In this document: positions 1-9,849 of the stretch, piece by piece
Layout: each line of letters opens with the position of its first letter
Numbering within the stretch: the first letter of the stretch is position 1
Source: Chamaesiphon sp.
GTDB lineage: Bacteria > Cyanobacteriota > Cyanobacteriia > Cyanobacteriales > Chamaesiphonaceae
Assembly (NCBI GenBank): GCA_965246715.1
Contig: CBDFFH010000017.1
Coordinates: 1 to 64,000 of the forward strand
Direction of reading: 5' to 3'
DNA: 64,000 nt
The notes under the pieces: model-generated
Databases searched by the model: none
Seen by the model: the letters and a program-made list of their open reading frames with translations, nothing else
Told to the model about the DNA's origin: nothing
Position numbers and translations under genes: made by a program

Positions 1-72
1 AGCATCACTGCAAGCCGTCAGCAAGCCAATACAGATGGCGAGTAAGGCGGCGACTAATCCGCGAAATTTCAT
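1..72 (-). CDS. psbO: Photosystem II manganese-stabilising protein PsbO, N-terminal part (runs off window)
   Basis: Reverse strand from ATG at 72 translates MKFRGLVAALLAICIGLLTACSDA, matching the recalled cyanobacterial PsbO signal peptide (MRYRALIVAFLAxCLGLLTACSDA type). Not in the ORF track. Confidence 0.75.
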   Translation of the reverse strand, partial: MKFRGLVAALLAICIGLLTACSDA

Positions 73-332
73 GATTAACCTCAATTTTCGATAATTTTAT
101 GTTATTACAGTCTGCCAGTTCGAGAGCCGCGAATCGAATTAATCTTCAAGATCGCGTTCGATCGTCGCTACGAACACAGTAAGATAATTGTCTTGCCGAT
201 CGGTATTTTACATCGTGTGAGTCTTACACATAACATCTTTGAATAGATGATTCACAATATTTCGGCCAAAGAGGAGCCGTTGAATCTCAAGATATAAATT
301 TATATTAATAATATTTGACAAATCTAAGTTAA

Positions 333-677
333 ATGAATAGCGATCGAGATCTATCTTCCCCCACACAATTAGCCGCAACCAATTTGCCATCTACACCAGA
401 GATCGACTCAGCCACCCAAATCGCCGATATCGCCAGCGAAATTCAGGCGATCGCGGCACGCTCGCAAGGCGATCCGATCGCGCTGCTACAACTGCTACGC
501 GCCTTAGAACAGGTACACCGGGATATTCAGGACGATTACTTCCTCTCAGCTCTTCCCGACAGCCGTCAGGCGCTCTATGCGCTGCTGAGAGATATCGAAG
601 AAAATGGCGGTTGGCCGTATATTCAACGGTGGAAGATCCAAGCGTTGTTTGCCAATTTAGCAGAACTGGAGCAGTAG
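333..677 (+). CDS. Conserved cyanobacterial hypothetical protein
   Basis: 114-aa ORF with helical LLxLLRxLE and GGWPYI motifs, followed by a hairpin. Confidence 0.7.
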   Translation: MNSDRDLSSPTQLAATNLPSTPEIDSATQIADIASEIQAIAARSQGDPIALLQLLRALEQVHRDIQDDYFLSALPDSRQALYALLRDIEENGGWPYIQRWKIQALFANLAELEQ

Positions 678-707
678 CATCGACGGCGTAGCGATCGCTA
701 TTACATC

Positions 708-745
708 AAATATCCCCAACTTCTGTAACTAAGTTGGGGATATTT
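708..745. terminator. Hairpin between convergent genes (probable bidirectional terminator)
   Basis: AAATATCCCCAACTT-ctgtaact-AAGTTGGGGATATTT, perfect 15-bp inverted repeat. Confidence 0.6.
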
Positions 746-811
746 ATCATGACTTGCGATTGTGGTTAATTAGTTAAAATTCGCACCAGTCAGCACTGGA
801 GCTAGCAATCG

Positions 812-1567
812 CTATTTTGCCGGATTACAATTTGGATTATAGCTGAATGTATCTCTCCACCTAGCGACATTCTTGTCACCGATCTTGAACAGTTTAGTAT
901 CGCCATTGGCTAATGTAATTCGCACCTTGGCTTCTCCTTGAGGTGCATTGCGTAAGAAGTCCGCAACTTTACCATTGATTGCAAAGGTATTTTCACTAAA
1001 GTATAAAGTTGACGATCTTTGAACTGAATCGCCGCCTGAAGTAGTAGCTGAGTAATTATAGTTATTACTAGCATATTTAGGTACGCTTTTAGCGATCGGC
1101 GTAAGTTTGATCACCTGCGAGCCGATCCCTATTTCCATTTTGACGGGTATTAGTTCTTTTACGTCGGATACGTTATTTTTTGGCGCGTCATGAATCGAAG
1201 CTTTGACGGAGCACCCTTCCTCTTTACTACTCCAAAATGTCACGATGGTCATCCTTCCTGGCATCGGGCCAGCAAATGGCGATCTAATATTAAATAGGCC
1301 GATTAAGCCGCCTTGCTCGGTATTATCTTCACCATGTCGATCGATCGTTACTTTACCAACGACCGAGTTGACTAAGGGATCGCGAATCGTCAACGAATCA
1401 TCAAAGGGTAATCCCTCGCCACCCCAGCCTAATGCTTTCTCAGTATTGAGTCGATCCTCAGAAACTTCACCCGCTACTGCCGAAACCGACATTAAGTTTA
1501 GCAATAAACTAGGAATTAAAATAGAACTTAATAGAATTGCAGAAATTTTGCTTACAGGCAACATCAT
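812..1567 (-). CDS. Secreted hypothetical protein, paralog 1 of tandem pair
   Basis: 251 aa; hydrophobic signal peptide ending AVA; highly similar to 1700..2449. Confidence 0.8.
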   Translation of the reverse strand: MMLPVSKISAILLSSILIPSLLLNLMSVSAVAGEVSEDRLNTEKALGWGGEGLPFDDSLTIRDPLVNSVVGKVTIDRHGEDNTEQGGLIGLFNIRSPFAGPMPGRMTIVTFWSSKEEGCSVKASIHDAPKNNVSDVKELIPVKMEIGIGSQVIKLTPIAKSVPKYASNNYNYSATTSGGDSVQRSSTLYFSENTFAINGKVADFLRNAPQGEAKVRITLANGDTKLFKIGDKNVARWRDTFSYNPNCNPAK

Positions 1568-1699
1568 TTATACTCTTAGAGTTGAAAATATTTAGTTCGG
1601 TTGACAACGTATCGTTGCAGTTGGTTCCCCAATTGTATGCAATCACTTCTGGATTCAAGATCGGTCAAAATGCTCAACCGATCGAGTCAAAGCCGATCT

Positions 1700-2449
1700 T
1701 TACTTAGCGGGATTGCAGTTGGGATTATAGCTAAACGTATCTTTCCATCTCGCTACATTCTTTTCGCCAATCTTAAATAGTTTAGTATCACCGTTAGCCA
1801 ACGTAATTCGCACCTTGGCCTCTCCTGGAGGAGCATTGCGGAGGAAGTCAGCAACTTTACCATTGATTGCAAACGTATTTTCACTAAAGTATAAGGCTGC
1901 CGATCTTTTAACGGTCGATTTACCGGAAGTAACCGAGTAATTATAGTTCGTACTAGCATATTTAGGTACGCTTTTAGCGATCGGCGTAAGTTTGATGACC
2001 TGCGAGCCGATCCCTACTTCCATTTTGACAGGTACCAATTCCTGGACTTTAGCTACACGACTTTTTGGTGCATCATGAATCGAAGCTTTGACAGAACAGC
2101 CTTCTTCTTTACTAGTCCAGAATGTCACGATGGTCATCCGACCTGGCATCGGGCCAGCAAATGGCGACCTAATATTAAATAGACCGCTAAGGCCACTTTG
2201 GTTGGTATTATCTTCACCATGCCGATCGATCGTCACTTTACCAACGACCGAGTTGACTAAGGGATCGCGAATCGTCAACGAATCATCGAAGGGCAATCCT
2301 TCGCCACCCCAGCCTAATGCTTTATCAGTATTGAGTCGATCCTCAGAAACTTCACCTGCTGCTGCCGAAACCGACGTTAAGTTTAGCAATAGAATAGGAA
2401 TTAAAATAGAACTTAATAAAATTGAAGAGATCCTGCTTGTCGGAAACAT
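1700..2449 (-). CDS. Secreted hypothetical protein, paralog 2 of tandem pair
   Basis: Start placed at MFPTSRI (ATG 2449) by alignment with paralog 1; signal peptide ending AAA. Confidence 0.8.
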   Translation of the reverse strand: MFPTSRISSILLSSILIPILLLNLTSVSAAAGEVSEDRLNTDKALGWGGEGLPFDDSLTIRDPLVNSVVGKVTIDRHGEDNTNQSGLSGLFNIRSPFAGPMPGRMTIVTFWTSKEEGCSVKASIHDAPKSRVAKVQELVPVKMEVGIGSQVIKLTPIAKSVPKYASTNYNYSVTSGKSTVKRSAALYFSENTFAINGKVADFLRNAPPGEAKVRITLANGDTKLFKIGEKNVARWKDTFSYNPNCNPAK

Positions 2450-2721
2450 AGTTTGTACACTTAAGTTGAAAATATTTAGTTCGGCTGACAACGCATCATT
2501 GCAGTTGGTTCCCCACTCGTGACCGATTGAGATCGGTCAAAATGCGCGATCGATCCGATCGATCGCCAATTTAAAGTCTCAGATATCTAAAAAATTGCCA
2601 GCAATAGCTCGCACAACGTGCTAGACACGAGCGTGAGTTAGACATTCTATTTGAATGAGATAAATGTAATCGTAGTCTTTAATATTGAGAAAATACAGGG
2701 TATTGGAGATTCTCTCACGAT

Positions 2722-3525
2722 CTAGCACTTCTCACCAACACAAGCACCAGTAGTATTTTCCGAGCCATCGATTACTGTCGGTCTACCACGATTGAGCAAT
2801 GGTGCGATAATGGGAGCGGATCGATCGGCCTTCGGATATGACAGGGTATATTTAATTCCCAATTGCGTGGAACTATTCACGAATGAATTAATTGGAATGC
2901 CAAGATTGAATCCAGTTTTATTTTCTCTAGCATCTTGCGAACCTTGACCATGAATCCCGACTAAATTGCCATTTTTATCGAGTACCGAGCCACCACTCAT
3001 CCCAGGCATGGTGTTATTGTTATAAATCAGGGTATATCCATTTTGTTTGGGCGAGTCATAGCCGACTAATTGACCGCTGACTACCAATAAACTCCGAGTT
3101 TCGATCCCTTTGATATTAGCTGGTGCGCCAGTAACATACAACGGACTGCCTTCAGCGATCGTATCTGAGTTGCCGATTTCGGCTACTTTATAAAGTTTTG
3201 GGCTGCTAAAGGTACAAACGGCTAAATCTAAGTTCCCGATGCGTTTAATCGAACCGGGCTGAATTTGATGTTTTACGCCATCTCTAGTTCTGATTGTATA
3301 GGTATCGGTATTTTTTAAGACGTGCCAGTTAGTGAGCACGAAATATTCATAACCTTGATGACCGACTACCACACCAGAACCCAGCTCTTTGCCATCGATG
3401 ATTACCGTCACTTCTTTGGCAATTCTACTAATATCTTCAGCCGTATAACTCCAGCTAATTTGTGGCTGAACCAACGCGGCAGCTAGTCCACATATTCCCG
3501 CAACTATAAATCGATGACTATTCAC
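2722..3525 (-). CDS. Trypsin-like (S1) serine protease, secreted
   Basis: GSGVVV, LTNWHV (His), DLAV (Asp), PGMSGG (Ser) catalytic motifs. Confidence 0.9.
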   Translation of the reverse strand: MNSHRFIVAGICGLAAALVQPQISWSYTAEDISRIAKEVTVIIDGKELGSGVVVGHQGYEYFVLTNWHVLKNTDTYTIRTRDGVKHQIQPGSIKRIGNLDLAVCTFSSPKLYKVAEIGNSDTIAEGSPLYVTGAPANIKGIETRSLLVVSGQLVGYDSPKQNGYTLIYNNNTMPGMSGGSVLDKNGNLVGIHGQGSQDARENKTGFNLGIPINSFVNSSTQLGIKYTLSYPKADRSAPIIAPLLNRGRPTVIDGSENTTGACVGEKC

Positions 3526-3775
3526 TGCTAATAACCTAACTTGGGTAATTGGATCGATCGGGGATAGCGCCTTGATGCCCTAGTGGCGCTGACTATGTCA
3601 GTTGCTCTCATTGGCAACGACGGCTACTTCAGGAACACGAGCATCTTAAAATCTAGCTCGATGTTACTCTAAGTAATCGCGATCGAACAAGATTCTTATA
3701 CTTTCTGCAATTATTTTTAATTTGTCATCCGCCAATTGCGCGAATCATCGGAGAATAAGCGATCGCTTTTTGGAC

Positions 3776-4681
3776 TCAGTTCAAGACTGTCTGCGGAATC
3801 AATAGCTGCCCCAGCTCTGTCGATCGAATTTCACCGATACCCACACAACGATCTTCAGCCACAACTCTAACGTAACCACTGAGTATTAAATTGCACCCGA
3901 TCTCATCGAGTGGTAAGCGTCGTCCTTGGCTCCAGTATTTCACCAAACCCGCATCTGTGAGCGTAACTGCGGGTAAATGTGCCAAGCCGCGATTGGGAGA
4001 AACGGGCATAAAAGTCCCTGCTTGCTGCTGTCGTTCCAACTCTTCTAGCGTGATGCTATCTGCCAATCTAAAGCCACAACTAGCATTGCGCTCTAAAAAT
4101 ACTAATACCCCTCTAGTCCCCAGTGCAGCGCCCAAATCGCGGGCGATCGAGCGAATATATGTCCCACCCCCACAGGCAATCTGCACCTCAAGTTCGGGGA
4201 AATCTCCAGCCGTCCAATTCAGAATCTCGATGTTATCGATCTGCACCTCGCGTGTGGGGATCTCAACGGTTTCGTCAGTTTCACCCGATCGCGCTAATTT
4301 ATATAATCGCTGCCCATCGACTTTAATCGCACTATAAATCGGCGGTGTCTGAATAATATTACCGATAAATTGGGGGATAATCTCCCGCACTCGATCGAGT
4401 GTCAGCTCGCTTACTGGTGCCGAGTAAATAACCTCTCCCTCCAGATCGTCGGTAGTAGTCTGCATCCCGAACCGAATCACCGCACGATACGCCTTACCCC
4501 CCGGCAAATATTGTAATAGTCGCGTGGCTTTGCCGATTGCGATCGGCAACACTCCCACCGCCGCCGGATCTAATGTCCCACCATGTCCGACTTTTTTCGT
4601 CTGCAAAATCCGTCGCACTTTTGCCACGCAATCATGCGATGTCCAGTCTGCTAATTTATGTAAGTTTAAAAATCCGTCCAC
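3776..4681 (-). CDS. truB: tRNA pseudouridine(55) synthase
   Basis: GHGGTLDP, PPIYSAIKVDG, GTYIRSIARDLG motifs. Confidence 0.97.
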   Translation of the reverse strand: MDGFLNLHKLADWTSHDCVAKVRRILQTKKVGHGGTLDPAAVGVLPIAIGKATRLLQYLPGGKAYRAVIRFGMQTTTDDLEGEVIYSAPVSELTLDRVREIIPQFIGNIIQTPPIYSAIKVDGQRLYKLARSGETDETVEIPTREVQIDNIEILNWTAGDFPELEVQIACGGGTYIRSIARDLGAALGTRGVLVFLERNASCGFRLADSITLEELERQQQAGTFMPVSPNRGLAHLPAVTLTDAGLVKYWSQGRRLPLDEIGCNLILSGYVRVVAEDRCVGIGEIRSTELGQLLIPQTVLN

Positions 4682-4865
4682 AGTTTATCGGCGATCGTGA
4701 GTTTAATTTAGATCCATCATAAGGGGAGGACTGCTGAATCTACCTCAACAAGCACAGCGCTAAATAACGTGAGTTCCACGAACACTGCAAACGTTGTACC
4801 CAATCTTGTCGGGAAATGGCGATGGCAATGGCGTAGGAGTGTAGCCAAGATTCGATCGAAACACA

Positions 4866-6257
4866 TTATTTTTTGTCATTCCACACATTTTGCCAGAATG
4901 GGCTATTGGCATCAGCATTGGGCTGGATACTTGGGAAGTTCATCTTGCTGTAAATGTCGCGAATGCTCCACCCAGTCAAATTCGCTAAATTACTCGCCTC
5001 TTTCTCCATTCTTGGGCGTAAAGTCTGTTGATATCTCCGCCCTGCGTCACAAGTGACACGACCTTTGAACGGATGATTCATTACATACCGACCTTGAAAG
5101 TTTTCCTGATTGCCAGTTTCGTGAAACATCAGATCTTCAGGAAACTTATCGCGGGTATACCGAACGTGTAAGCGGGTAATAAAAGTGTTGCTTTGAGGCA
5201 GTTGGCGACGGCGAGAGATTGGTGAAGAATTAGGTGACGCAGAACTGTTATTTTCGCCCCAAAATACTCCCGCTTCTTTGAGTTCGGTTGCGGTTGGCGG
5301 TTCGCTCGAACACGGATCGCAGTTAGATGTATTCCAAGCATATTCTAAGAAAGCAACTTTTTTCTGCTCTCGTTCGTAAACTTTTTGAAATGTTGCTTTA
5401 TAAAAATCACCAAATTCTGATTTCACATATTCAGGTATCGCTTCGCCACTAGGTACCTTAACCGTTCGATAATTTGTAAGTTCTACTTGTCCTTTGGGCG
5501 AGAGGATATATATTACCAAATCTTGTTCGCCGCGAGCATTGATCGTACCCAGTCGAATCGGTAACATAAACTTGGGCGATTCATAAGCAATTTGGAGCGG
5601 ACGCAGCACTTGATATCCTGATTTATCAAATTCTTTCAGGTCGATTTTGGCAACAAAAAACTTCATTTGCTGCTTGATATAAGGACTTAATAATTCGCTG
5701 GAACCAGCAGGAATATTGTAGCCATTTTGCCGCAACCATGTTTCCAATCCATCAGATTCCTTGGCACTAAGAATTACAATCTCATATTCATTAACTTTGA
5801 AGCTATCTTCAACGGTAACACCCAAATCACGTTTTCTCATTCGTGGAGATGATTCCTCTACAGAAGTTGCACCGCGCATATTAACAATAGCAGACTCATT
5901 CAACACTAATGAAGAGCAAGGATCGGGATCGAAATATTCGACCAAACGCGGCTGGCTAAAAGCATCTAATTTTTCGATCGTGGTGCGTTTACCAACGTGT
6001 ACTTGTTCTTTCTTAATTGCAACTGGAACTGGTACGACCATCGCAAAATCTTTGACGGCTCCTTGAAAATCATTGGCCATTGTAATAATATTTCGATCGC
6101 CATCATGAGCGATGACAACTTGAGAAGCTTTATTAAATAATTTCGCATCCGCACCACCAACATAAAAGCCACAAAAGGCAAGTACTTGAGTCGTAGTAGA
6201 AAGTATAAATACACAAGCAAGGCAAAAACTAATCAGAATTCGAGCTAGAGATAACAT
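4866..6257 (-). CDS. DUF2330-domain secreted protein (paralog 1)
   Basis: Signal peptide then AFCGFYV, DFAMVVPVP, WLRQNGY, FMLPIRLG, CDPC; start moved to MLSLARIL (6257). Confidence 0.8.
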   Translation of the reverse strand: MLSLARILISFCLACVFILSTTTQVLAFCGFYVGGADAKLFNKASQVVIAHDGDRNIITMANDFQGAVKDFAMVVPVPVAIKKEQVHVGKRTTIEKLDAFSQPRLVEYFDPDPCSSLVLNESAIVNMRGATSVEESSPRMRKRDLGVTVEDSFKVNEYEIVILSAKESDGLETWLRQNGYNIPAGSSELLSPYIKQQMKFFVAKIDLKEFDKSGYQVLRPLQIAYESPKFMLPIRLGTINARGEQDLVIYILSPKGQVELTNYRTVKVPSGEAIPEYVKSEFGDFYKATFQKVYEREQKKVAFLEYAWNTSNCDPCSSEPPTATELKEAGVFWGENNSSASPNSSPISRRRQLPQSNTFITRLHVRYTRDKFPEDLMFHETGNQENFQGRYVMNHPFKGRVTCDAGRRYQQTLRPRMEKEASNLANLTGWSIRDIYSKMNFPSIQPNADANSPFWQNVWNDKK

Positions 6258-6333
6258 ATGAGAGATTGAGTTGGGAAACTGGGATGTACGAAAATTTATT
6301 ACGAATACAAGATCGGTAAAGATTTGAGGAAGT

Positions 6334-7725
6334 TTACTTGTCGCTCCAAACATTATTCCAAAACTTAGGATTGGTTTCAGTCTGAGTTTTGGTGTCGGCA
6401 AATGAGAAATCAATTTTCTTGTTAATATCGCGAATGCTCCATCCGGTAAGATTAGCTAAAGTACTAGCTTCTTTCTCAAATCGAGGGCGCAAGGTTTGAC
6501 GATATTTTTTACCGGCATCGCAACTCAGACTACCTTTGAATGGGTGATTTAGCACATAGCGACCTTGAAAATTATCACGGTTGCCTGTCTCGTGAAATAT
6601 CAAGTCTTCAGGAAACTTATTGCGAGTATAGCGAACGTGCAAGCGCGTGATAAAAGTGTTCCCTTGCGATGATGTGCGGCGACGGAAACTAGGGGGAATC
6701 GCTCCAGAAGAACTATTGGTATTATCGAGCCAAAATACACCAGCTTCTTTGAGTTCTTCAGTAGTTGGTGGTTCGCTCGAGCAAGGATCGCAATTCGACA
6801 CGTCCCAAGCATATTCTAAGAACGCAACTTTCTTTTGCTCGCGCTCGTAGACTTTTTGAAATGTTGCTTTATAAAAATCACCAAACTCTTGCTTGACATA
6901 CGTGGGAATCGAATCACCAGTTGGGACTTTAACCGTCCGATAATTTGTGAGTTCGACTCGTCCTTTCGGGGAAAGTAAATAAGCCACCAAATCTTGTTCG
7001 CCGCGAGCGTTAATCGTCCCCAAGCGAATCGGGAGCATGAATTTAGGCGATTGATAAGCAATTTGCAACGGACGCAATGTTTGATAGCCAGCCTTTTTAA
7101 ACTCTTTGAGGTCGATTTTAGCAACAAAAAACTTCAGTTTTTGCTTGATATAAGGAGCTAAAAGTTCGCTCGCACCTGTAGGTAATTTGTACCCATTTCT
7201 GCTTAACCAAGTTTCTAAGCCATCAGATTCTCTAGCACTGAGAATAAGGATTTGAAACTCATTAACTTTGAAACTATCTTCAACAGTTACACCTAAATCG
7301 CTATCCCTGCCTCTAGGCGCTCTTCTTTGTGCGGTTGCTGGGCTAGGTGCTGAATTCTTATACACTGCTTCTTGCTGCGGCGCGCAAGGATCGGGGTCGA
7401 AATATTCGACCAAACGCGGTTGACTGAAGGCATCTAATTTCTCGATCGCAGCACGCTTGCCCACATGGACTTGTTCCTTCTTAACTGCTACAGGAACGGG
7501 TACGACCATTGCAAAATCTTTTACTGCCCCCTGGAAATCATTTGCCATTGTTAGGATAGTACGATCGCCATCCCTGGCAATGACAACTTGAGATGCTTTA
7601 TTAAATAACTTTGCGTCTGCACCACCGACATAGAAACCACAAAAGGCGATCGCTTGGGTGGCAAATGTTAGAACTAAAATACAGGCTAGGCAGAAACTAA
7701 TGAGTATTCGGGGAAGGGTGAACAT
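6334..7725 (-). CDS. DUF2330-domain secreted protein (paralog 2)
   Basis: Same motifs as paralog 1; start moved to MFTLPRIL (7725) because the upstream extension is repeat DNA. Confidence 0.8.
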   Translation of the reverse strand: MFTLPRILISFCLACILVLTFATQAIAFCGFYVGGADAKLFNKASQVVIARDGDRTILTMANDFQGAVKDFAMVVPVPVAVKKEQVHVGKRAAIEKLDAFSQPRLVEYFDPDPCAPQQEAVYKNSAPSPATAQRRAPRGRDSDLGVTVEDSFKVNEFQILILSARESDGLETWLSRNGYKLPTGASELLAPYIKQKLKFFVAKIDLKEFKKAGYQTLRPLQIAYQSPKFMLPIRLGTINARGEQDLVAYLLSPKGRVELTNYRTVKVPTGDSIPTYVKQEFGDFYKATFQKVYEREQKKVAFLEYAWDVSNCDPCSSEPPTTEELKEAGVFWLDNTNSSSGAIPPSFRRRTSSQGNTFITRLHVRYTRNKFPEDLIFHETGNRDNFQGRYVLNHPFKGSLSCDAGKKYRQTLRPRFEKEASTLANLTGWSIRDINKKIDFSFADTKTQTETNPKFWNNVWSDK

Positions 7726-7752
7726 AGGGGATAGGGGATAGGGGATAGGGAT
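7726..7752. repeat. STRR-type heptamer tandem repeat (AGGGGAT)n
   Basis: aggggat x3 plus partial copy; related tracts near 34115, 38276 and 44853. Confidence 0.8.
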
Positions 7753-7773
7753 TAGTTTACTGCTGAAACCCTT

Positions 7774-7815
7774 ACCCACCCCGCCCTATCGGGCACCCCT
7801 CCAAGGAGGGGAATT
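7774..7815 (-). repeat. Dispersed palindromic repeat, AATTCCCCTCC-NN-GGAGGGGTG family
   Basis: Reverse complement is 41/42 identical to 38147-38188. Confidence 0.85.
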
Positions 7816-7843
7816 AAGAGCGGAGAGGGATCGGGATTTTGAG

Positions 7844-8683
7844 CTAAAGTATTAATTTATGATTCATAATTTTCCAATTGAATTGAGGTGCTAGCCAGAG
7901 TCGATCGAGTAAGATTGTCAGTGGTGATATTGCAAATAAAGCGATAAATACACCTTCGTTGATATAGAAATAATTACGCAGAATAAATGTTAATCCAGCG
8001 ATCGCGATCGCCCAGACGATTCGAGCCGATCGCGCATTGGGAATCGATCGCGGATCGGTAATCATAAATAGCGCGAATAAGAGTAGCGATCCACTCGATA
8101 ATCGATGTAGATAAACATCCCAAGGATAGCCCAGCCAGAGATTGCGTGCGGCTTCTAATCCGGCATAAGCGCCAAAAAAAGCGGCGCTAGTATCCCATCT
8201 GCCCACTCGGTTGAGGACGATCCCACCAGTACCGATAAATAAGAGTAAATACCACCAATCTTCCCCCCACTGTCCGGGTGAAACCCAAGCATCGGGAGTG
8301 AGGATTAGAGCGATAATGATGCCAAAATTAGCGGGATTGAACCAATGCTTGTCACTAGTAGTAAAAATAAATTTACTCGCGATCGCTAAACTACCAGCAA
8401 TTATCATCGTACTCACCCGATCGGCGCGTAGTAACAAACATAAACCCAGACTGGTAATCAGGGCACTTTTGAGCGAAGGTAATGGGTTTTCGGTAGGCTT
8501 TTGGAGACTAAAGCCAATTAGTTGAGTCACACAACAAGCAATAACTAATGTTAAGATTAATTCTGGTTTGACCGACCAATCTCTGGTCATGATGCCCAGC
8601 CCTAAAAAGGTCGTTAAAAAAATAATCTGGTAATCTCGCGGATCGGCGAACATATTCTTTACAGATACTTTGATGCACCTCAA
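7844..8683 (-). CDS. RnfD/NqrB-like integral membrane protein
   Basis: Multi-TM; SALITSLGLCLLL, AIASKF, HWFNPANFG, LFALFMITDPRS motifs of the RnfD/NqrB family; start may be MFADPRDYQ. Confidence 0.8.
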   Translation of the reverse strand: MRCIKVSVKNMFADPRDYQIIFLTTFLGLGIMTRDWSVKPELILTLVIACCVTQLIGFSLQKPTENPLPSLKSALITSLGLCLLLRADRVSTMIIAGSLAIASKFIFTTSDKHWFNPANFGIIIALILTPDAWVSPGQWGEDWWYLLLFIGTGGIVLNRVGRWDTSAAFFGAYAGLEAARNLWLGYPWDVYLHRLSSGSLLLFALFMITDPRSIPNARSARIVWAIAIAGLTFILRNYFYINEGVFIALFAISPLTILLDRLWLAPQFNWKIMNHKLIL

Positions 8684-8892
8684 GATACAAGCTTCGATCG
8701 CCCAATTCCTAAATTTTGCTAAATAACTTTATATTCCACCGATCGATTTGCTGGGGACTAGATTCCGATCTCAGGTAACAGTCGCTAAGCTACAATTGAC
8801 TCCGAGAGATCGTCGGCTATTCGCTCGTCCAACTAGATTCCAGAAATAGCTACTCGCGACGATCTAGTTCAAATAGCTGACAGGAGCGATGT

Positions 8893-9309
8893 ATGAATTC
8901 TTTGGCGAAGCCTCTCGTTCCGAGCATCGGGAGATTGTTGGCAGTTGCTAGCGGACTGTTGGTGATTTGGACATTTACGCTCGTACAGCCAGCGCTCGGG
9001 ATCCCGCTATTTGCGAGATCGCCAGTAACCCAGCTCGAATCAGTCTCGATCGACAGGCTTCCACCCGAAGCCCAGGAAACCATTCAAACCATCGAACGCG
9101 GTGGCTTGTTTCCCTATCGTCAAGATGGTGCGATCTTCAGCAATCGCGAGCGGCGGCTACCGATTGTGCGATACGGTACCTATCATGAATATACCGTCCC
9201 CACACCAGGCGCGCGGACGCGGGGAGCTAGACGAATTATTACAGCTCCGGAACGGATCTATTATTATACTGGCGACCATTATCGCAGCTTTCAACAAGTA
9301 ATTCGGTAG
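8893..9309 (+). CDS. Secreted guanyl-specific ribonuclease (RNase Sa/barnase family)
   Basis: FPYRQDG, FSNRERRLP, YHEYTV, RGARRII, YYTGDHY motifs; N-terminal signal/TM. Confidence 0.93.
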   Translation: MNSLAKPLVPSIGRLLAVASGLLVIWTFTLVQPALGIPLFARSPVTQLESVSIDRLPPEAQETIQTIERGGLFPYRQDGAIFSNRERRLPIVRYGTYHEYTVPTPGARTRGARRIITAPERIYYYTGDHYRSFQQVIR

Positions 9310-9341
9310 AGTAGATAGTTTAGAAATTATGGCGATTTCGC

Positions 9342-9818
9342 ATGGCGGACGCTGCACAAATTGAGATGACCAGAGCACAAATTAGCAAGATGTTAGCGGG
9401 TGAAATGAGTCCCGCTGTTTATCAGCTCGTCAGTCCGATAACACTGGCAGAGTTAGCAGAGTTAAATCGAGATGGTCGAGCAAAGATATTTTATCTCAAC
9501 GGCCAGCAGATCGTCGATTGTACCAGTCTGTTCGATCGGTTTGCTACCGCGATGCAGTTTCCCGAATATTTCGGTCATAATTGGGATGCCCTAGAAGATT
9601 GTTTGACCGATCTTTTTTATGAAGATGCGGTAGATCGACAGCTAATTCTGATCGATCGATTAGATAAGTTTGCGATCGACGATCCGCACCAATGGTCGAT
9701 GCTATTAGCTATTTGTAAATCCACGGTCGAGTATTGGCAAGATACTGCAACACCGATGTATATTGCGATCGGCAGCAATCTGCCGCAACTGACGCAAGCA
9801 AGTTTATCGAGTATTTAA
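9342..9818 (+). CDS. Barstar-family ribonuclease inhibitor
   Basis: FPEYFGHNWDALEDCLTDL motif; directly downstream of the RNase. Confidence 0.93.
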   Translation: MADAAQIEMTRAQISKMLAGEMSPAVYQLVSPITLAELAELNRDGRAKIFYLNGQQIVDCTSLFDRFATAMQFPEYFGHNWDALEDCLTDLFYEDAVDRQLILIDRLDKFAIDDPHQWSMLLAICKSTVEYWQDTATPMYIAIGSNLPQLTQASLSSI

Positions 9819-9849
9819 TTGCCAGCAACTATTTACAACCCCGATTTAT

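Noticed and set aside
1203..2522. Two similar + strand ORFs (1203..1595, 2088..2522)
   Set aside because: Antisense shadows of the duplicated minus-strand genes; their similarity follows from the duplication.
4700..4860. Possible tRNA/ncRNA between truB and DUF2330
   Set aside because: No cloverleaf, TTCGA T-loop or recognisable RNA family.
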